Both the position numbers and the translations under genes were made by a program. The notes beneath the pieces are model-generated. The model saw nothing but the letters and a program-made list of their open reading frames with translations. It made no database searches and had not been told where the DNA came from. A stretch of DNA of 63,844 bases, filler included. It is 5 parts of 5 records of this genome, joined end to end, with 100 filler letters (N's around TTAATTAATTAA, not from the genome) between each part and the next. Parts side by side here need not be neighbours in the genome. Positions count along the whole stretch, not along the records: positions 51,763 to 63,844 come from DRR723986_17724; 4 more parts are not named here. One strand, 5' to 3'. Below, one piece after another: positions 59,113 to 63,844 of the stretch; the stretch's first letter is position 1; each line of letters begins with the position of its first letter.

Positions 59113-59698
59113 ATACTTTTTTGGATTTGCCCGCGAATTACCCAATAAATGCCCTTAAATGCGTGCTGTGAGCGTTTGGTATGGCGTGGTCTAGGTGCAC
59201 CTAATCTGACCGTTCATGCGAGATTACAGTCACTTTAGACAGGCTTTGGGGCTCAACAGTTTTTTACGTTGTGAGATGTGGCAGAGCGGTTGTAGACTTG
59301 TATCAGACCCAGGGGAGCTTACGTGGAGCCGGTTAAAGCACACACCACGATTCCGCATTGGGCGGGATGTTAAGCTGCTGTACGGAGGCAATTCAAAGCT
59401 CTGGAAAGCGGAAGGCCGGCGGCTACGTGGTGGTCTGGGGATTTTGGTTGGTGGAGGCCGGGGGTGGGGGCCCATGATCTACGGAGAGATCTGCCCAAAA
59501 TTTTTGGACTTCCCGTTAAACAGCTGAAACTTCCCGTTCACCAGACTTACTTGCCCATTGATGGCCTGCGTGTTTTTCACCTGCAAGTCCCAGCTCAAAC
59601 TATTTGCCCAGCTCCAGCTTTAGGTGAATGTTCCGGCAGCCGATTCTTCTGAGCACTTCGCCCCGCACTTCGCCCTGCGGTCTTCATCACGTCGCTTG

Positions 59699-59717
59699 TT
59701 TTATCTTTTTGTTAGGC
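59699..59717 (+). repeat. attC/attI-like right half-site
   Basis: TTTTATC-TTTTT-GTTAGGC (L'-5 nt-GTTRRRY), an imperfect reverse complement of the element at 63814. Confidence 0.4.
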
Positions 59718-60080
59718 ACTGGGATTGAATTGGTAAACAATCAAGAGAGTAGATTCATGCAATGTAGATTCAAACTCATCCAAATTTGCGGACCAAGAAT
59801 GAACTACAGTGCCAGCAGAACGCATTCGCTACAAATCGAGTATCATCCAAACCATTCGCCGGGTCTTCAACTTTTGGCAGGAAATCCGTACGTTGACCAC
59901 CCTGTAGTTTCAAGCGTCCGAATCTACAAATGTGCCTTGCCAAAATCCACCTAAATTGCAATTATGACTCAAAGTGCACACGTGAACAAACTTAGCGTCC
60001 CAAGTCAACCTAAAACACTTTGAACGTGTATCATGTTTAACTCGTCAACTGAAATCGAAACATCCCATCAGGGCTATTGA

Positions 60081-60782
60081 ATGAACGCAATTTTTGAAAT
60101 CGCGACTCTTACAGCCGTTTTCTTAGTTTTTCTTGCAAGCGCTAAAATTCTTCTGACGGCAAGACAAAAAGATGTGGTCGCGAACAAAATGGAAATGACG
60201 GACCTCATATTGGATAGAATTAATCCAGTAAAAATCTATCACAAAGCGTTTTCAGGGGTTGGCGCTATTCTGTTAATGGGTTCATTATCCATATTCTTAT
60301 GTTTAGTCGGCCTCCGGGTTTACACAGAACATACGCCAGAAATATGGCCAGACTTGTCGGTTTTCATGCGAACGGCTATCGTAATCTGGCCTATGACAGT
60401 TCTTGTAGTGTCACTTATGCTAGCAAAAGTCTTCGGTCAAAAATACATTGCATGGTTGTTTAGAACTGATTCTGCACTACTAATAGTCTTAAAGTACGTG
60501 GGCTGTGCTTTTGGCACTACTATTGTCGCTTTCGCTGCATATGTCCTTGCTAATTATCTGAGCATTTTCATGCATCTGATTGTACGGGGCGACCTTTTTA
60601 GCTCAATCAAAGAGATAGAGTGTTTTGTTCACCTACTCTGTTTTCCAACGTACACTTTAACTGTTCTTGCCATAGGTTTCGGAGGACTATTTTTCTGGCC
60701 ATTCATTCTTTGGTTCTTAATAAAAAGGATTTGCAAGGTTGTGCTTCGCTTTACTCAGCCGGAACATGGGCAGGAGTCATGA
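60081..60782 (+). CDS. AT-rich multi-pass membrane hypothetical protein
   Basis: 233-aa ORF with 5-6 hydrophobic segments; visibly lower GC than its neighbours. Confidence 0.72.
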   Translation: MNAIFEIATLTAVFLVFLASAKILLTARQKDVVANKMEMTDLILDRINPVKIYHKAFSGVGAILLMGSLSIFLCLVGLRVYTEHTPEIWPDLSVFMRTAIVIWPMTVLVVSLMLAKVFGQKYIAWLFRTDSALLIVLKYVGCAFGTTIVAFAAYVLANYLSIFMHLIVRGDLFSSIKEIECFVHLLCFPTYTLTVLAIGFGGLFFWPFILWFLIKRICKVVLRFTQPEHGQES

Positions 60783-60892
60783 CACTCCTCGCAGCTACAT
60801 TTGGCCTGAGCCAGGTCAGCATAAAATGAAGTCTCGTGAGATTAATGGAAGTTTCCCAAATTCACTCAGAGACCGCCACATCCTGATTCACT

Positions 60893-60962
60893 GCCAAACA
60901 AGAAACTCAAAAAGCGAGCCTGCTGCTTTAAGCAGGCGCTGCAATAATTCAGCATGTTTACA
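60893..60962 (+). repeat. degenerate attC-like element
   Basis: GCCAAAC-AAGAA-ACTCAAAA, central stem GCCTGCT/AGCAGGC and GTT at 60956; 28/31 identity (60892-60922) to 63813-63843. Confidence 0.5.
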
Positions 60963-60987
60963 CGGCGCCTATCGCAAATATGAATGT

Positions 60988-62940
60988 TTACTCTACGTAG
61001 GGAAATCCCGTTACTGTGCCGGCAGCACTCGACTCTGCAACAAGAAAATACATACCAGTCGATAATTTCTGTGTGGGCAATTCAAATGTATGTGAGCCGG
61101 CGGCCAATTGACGGTCGGTGAAGAGCTGCATGACCGGGCGGCCGTTAAGATCGCGCACTGTCAGCGATATAAGGTCGGCGGATGGTAGATCGAGCTTAAC
61201 AACAATACCGGGTGACGCGTTTAACACTTGTACATTCATTCCGGCTTGGGATTCTCGCTGCCCACCAACTGAAGTTAAGATTGCATGTGTGCCGAAGGCA
61301 CCAATCGACCATTCACTGGCCGCACTTGTGGCAATTGCACGCAGCCGCCAAAAATGGGCCTGGAGTGCCGGTAGTTCATCTATGATAAAGGTCGTGGCGT
61401 TTATGTTCGTGAACACCTGAGTATCGGACGCATTAAACGCCGGATTGGAAGCCAATTGCAGTTCATATTCGGTAGCGCCGCTGACAGGTTCCCACGCGAA
61501 TTCGATATTGCGATGATAGACTGGTGTGCTGCCATCTGGCACGGGATGCACGAGGACCGGGCGCGACAATTCAACAAAATCAGGATCCTGCACAGTCACA
61601 AAATTTACGGGACGTGACCAGTCGCTATCAATCGTGCCACGCGCACGTACACGACAGTAATATTTGGTGTTGTACTCCAAATACTCGGCAATCTCCAGCG
61701 ATGTCGCGGACAGCTCCGTTAACTCTGCAATCGTATTTTTTGAAAAGTCTGTCGTTTCAAAGTTGAGACCGCCGGGTGTGACGGCGGCAATCTGGACATC
61801 ATATTTTTCGGCACCTTCAATAGCGGACCAGGTAAGCATATAGTTGAAGTCGCCTGCACCTTTCTCAGATTGAATCATTGGAGCAATCAGAAATTCTTGG
61901 CCGGCGTACTGCATTACAGATGAATTGTTAATCGCTATTGCACGATCGTGCGCTGGATACACCACTCGCAAAATCTGCTTCTGATATGCATCATAAGGTG
62001 TGGGTATGCCCGTCCAATTAAGACCGCCATCTGTTGTGCGGGCAATGATTCCAACATTCCCGACGGCAATTCCATTAAGTGGGTCAGCAAAGGCGATATC
62101 TCTCAGACCCCAGGGGCTTGGCTCCAAATCCTGCTTTTGAACTTGCCAGCTTGCTCCGCCGTCACTTGTATTGTAAATGACGTTTTCGCGCTGATCTCCG
62201 ACCCCGTTTGGAATGGCTCCGGCGGCCCAGCCGGTCGATTCGTCGAGGAAAGAAAATCCTCTGTCCACACCATCCGGCTTAGGGAAGGCCTGCCAATTGA
62301 GCCCAAAATCCACTGAGCGATATACTGAAGAAAAGTCGGCAGCGAAGACAATGTTATCGCTAAGAATTTCCAAGTATTTGAAGGTACTCAAATCAAATGT
62401 TGATTCAACCTTATTCCAGGTAGCACCGGCGTCCTCCGTTTTGTACAAATCGTCAAGAACGGCAAAACCGCGCTGCGCGTCGGCCATCTTGATGTTAAAC
62501 GAATAGAATCGCAGGTAGTCGTCCGCAATATATACGGTATCCCAGTTCGCGCCGTAGTCCCTTGAACGCAGAATAAAGGGCAGAAACTGAGTTGGTGATT
62601 TCCTGAAGCTGGCAACTACAAATACTAGGCCGGGAGCGGGTAGAGTTGTTGAATGATACTGGACAGATACCTGATCTCCATCACGATCCGTGATCCAGTC
62701 GGATTCGAGGATGTTCTGCCAGGTGTCTCCGCCATCGCTTGAGTAATTCACAAAAACGTTGAGTTCGCGTTGCCCGGAATACACAAAATTGGATTCATCA
62801 AAATAGCTGAGGCAATCCACCGTGTACGAAAACTGGGCACCGGATTCAACGATACGCCACTGATCTGTCAGCTGCGCCGGCATTTCGAGCGTAGCGCCTA
62901 CAACTAGAACGCAAAGGAACGTGAAGAAAATTCGCGGCAT
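60988..62940 (-). CDS. secreted YCF48/BNR-repeat beta-propeller protein with Fn3-like domains and T9SS type A-like C-terminal domain
   Basis: Signal peptide; Asp-box repeats (SSDGGDTW, SRDYGANW, TEDAGATW, SVDFGLNW, TSDGGASW, TTDGGLNW); C-terminal VRDLNGR...LSTGMYF. Confidence 0.88.
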   Translation of the reverse strand: MPRIFFTFLCVLVVGATLEMPAQLTDQWRIVESGAQFSYTVDCLSYFDESNFVYSGQRELNVFVNYSSDGGDTWQNILESDWITDRDGDQVSVQYHSTTLPAPGLVFVVASFRKSPTQFLPFILRSRDYGANWDTVYIADDYLRFYSFNIKMADAQRGFAVLDDLYKTEDAGATWNKVESTFDLSTFKYLEILSDNIVFAADFSSVYRSVDFGLNWQAFPKPDGVDRGFSFLDESTGWAAGAIPNGVGDQRENVIYNTSDGGASWQVQKQDLEPSPWGLRDIAFADPLNGIAVGNVGIIARTTDGGLNWTGIPTPYDAYQKQILRVVYPAHDRAIAINNSSVMQYAGQEFLIAPMIQSEKGAGDFNYMLTWSAIEGAEKYDVQIAAVTPGGLNFETTDFSKNTIAELTELSATSLEIAEYLEYNTKYYCRVRARGTIDSDWSRPVNFVTVQDPDFVELSRPVLVHPVPDGSTPVYHRNIEFAWEPVSGATEYELQLASNPAFNASDTQVFTNINATTFIIDELPALQAHFWRLRAIATSAASEWSIGAFGTHAILTSVGGQRESQAGMNVQVLNASPGIVVKLDLPSADLISLTVRDLNGRPVMQLFTDRQLAAGSHTFELPTQKLSTGMYFLVAESSAAGTVTGFPYVE

Positions 62941-63132
62941 TATCGGATCCCGTATGTTATCAGCTATCTGCAAATTCGGACTACGCAGCCGGAATATAGC
63001 AAATTCGCGGCATACATCTTTTTATGATCTGGTCCAATAAACCGCAGGACAGGGATTTCGTTACTTCAGTACAAGCAATGCTTGGTAAATCCGCAGATGG
63101 GAGCGGGCGGCCAGCGTAAATTGACGGTACGT

Positions 63133-63657
63133 TTAACTGGTCAGTTGGAGTTTCATCATCAAATCCGTCTGATCGTCATCGCCCAGCCTAAAGATGTGTT
63201 TGCCGAATTCTACAAAACCGTTTTTCTGGTAAAACCTGATGGCTCTGGGATTGTGTTCCCAAACACCTAACCACACAAACTCAACTTCGTGTTGTCTGGC
63301 GATGTCGATTGCCGTTTCGAACAGAATTTGCCCGACGCCTTTTCCGTGGAATTCTTGCAGGACGTAAATTCGTTCGATTTCAAGGGCATGTTCATCGCTG
63401 AGATCGGTCTGCGCCTGCGCGAGATTGATTTTGAGGTATCCAATGGTTGTGCCATGGAGTTCAGCAAAATAGAATTCTGAATTGGTGGTACGCAACTCAT
63501 CTAAGAGTTTATCATGCGCAAAGCTGCTTTGCAGGTACTGCGCCATATGGAGTTCGCTGTTGGTGGCAGCGAATGTTTCGCTAAAGGTCCGTATTCCGAT
63601 TTCTTGAAGCTGGGCAATGTCGTCTACACTTATTCTACGGATCTTTATCTCTTGCAT
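63133..63657 (-). CDS. GNAT acetyltransferase (PaiA/spermidine acetyltransferase-like)
   Basis: TFSETF, LEIERIYV...GKGVGQ, WLGVWEHNPRAIRFY and F.LGDD.QTD; alternative start 63690. Confidence 0.92.
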   Translation of the reverse strand: MQEIKIRRISVDDIAQLQEIGIRTFSETFAATNSELHMAQYLQSSFAHDKLLDELRTTNSEFYFAELHGTTIGYLKINLAQAQTDLSDEHALEIERIYVLQEFHGKGVGQILFETAIDIARQHEVEFVWLGVWEHNPRAIRFYQKNGFVEFGKHIFRLGDDDQTDLMMKLQLTS

Positions 63658-63813
63658 TTTGCGGCATTGTGTCTGGATTGAAGTTACCATTATGCGGCTC
63701 TCGCAACGAAAGTGAGGTTCATTTCTTGTAATGCATTTAGGCTGAGTGGCTTTTCGCGCGGATTTGCGATCACGTCAGGTGGCGACTCAATTACACCTCG
63801 TGTTCGGCTCAAT

Positions 63814-63844
63814 GCCTAACAAGAAGCTCAAAAAGCAAGCCTGA
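63814..63844 (+). repeat. attC-like left half-site (cut by the window end)
   Basis: GCCTAAC (RYYYAAC), 5-nt spacer AAGAA, then GCTCAAAA (L''-like). Confidence 0.55.

Noticed and set aside
59216-59961. Short ORFs between blaI and the membrane protein gene
   Set aside because: No recognisable motifs or RBS, and they overlap in conflicting frames.
50944-63844. Linking the truncated intI to the attC-like sites at 59.7-63.8 kb as one integron
   Set aside because: They lie on different contigs with different apparent taxa (gammaproteobacterial versus FCB-like), separated by a spacer.
1-63844. CRISPR arrays, rRNA genes, transposases and prophage genes
   Set aside because: None was recognised by eye; no regularly spaced repeat-spacer pattern was seen.

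Overview
This window is not one genome. It is five unrelated assembly contigs joined by artificial 100-nt spacers (N44-TTAATTAATTAA-N44) at 9041-9140, 17073-17172, 42995-43094 and 51663-51762. Taxon assignments are inferred from gene content and order. (1) 1-9040, Rhodobacteraceae-like: petAB, GNAT, GST, PaiB-like protein, FMN riboswitch plus ribH, DMT, an MFS/amidinotransferase/LysR module, and partial mtaB. (2) 9141-17072, Marinobacter-like: four secreted DUF6160/FilA-like genes, then birA, coaX, a SPOR-domain gene and the 5' end of a tRNA. (3) 17173-42994, planctomycete: DUF1553/DUF1501 module, DUF1559, nhaR, HPF-like gene, large hypotheticals, PEP-CTERM protein, proA, fliM, GMC oxidoreductase, ECF sigma/anti-sigma, PQQ-propeller and a PLP enzyme. 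(4) 43095-51662, Marinobacter-like: oadAB, SOS-boxed imuA-imuB-dnaE2, phhB, yrhK, and a truncated SOS-boxed integron integrase. (5) 51763-63844, FCB-group-like: a BlaI-led operon with three BlaR1/M56 peptidases alternating with two stand-alone TonB-C-like proteins, attC-like elements, a YCF48/T9SS-CTD protein and a GNAT. The best candidate for an undescribed system is the BlaI-M56x3-TonB-C array. Its M56 genes appear to carry internal start sites (clear Shine-Dalgarno in two of three); in the first copy the internal product matches the stand-alone genes in size and motifs. The second candidate is the DUF6160 cluster, whose four proteins share a double-glycine-like pro-motif, one with about 110-aa internal repeats.
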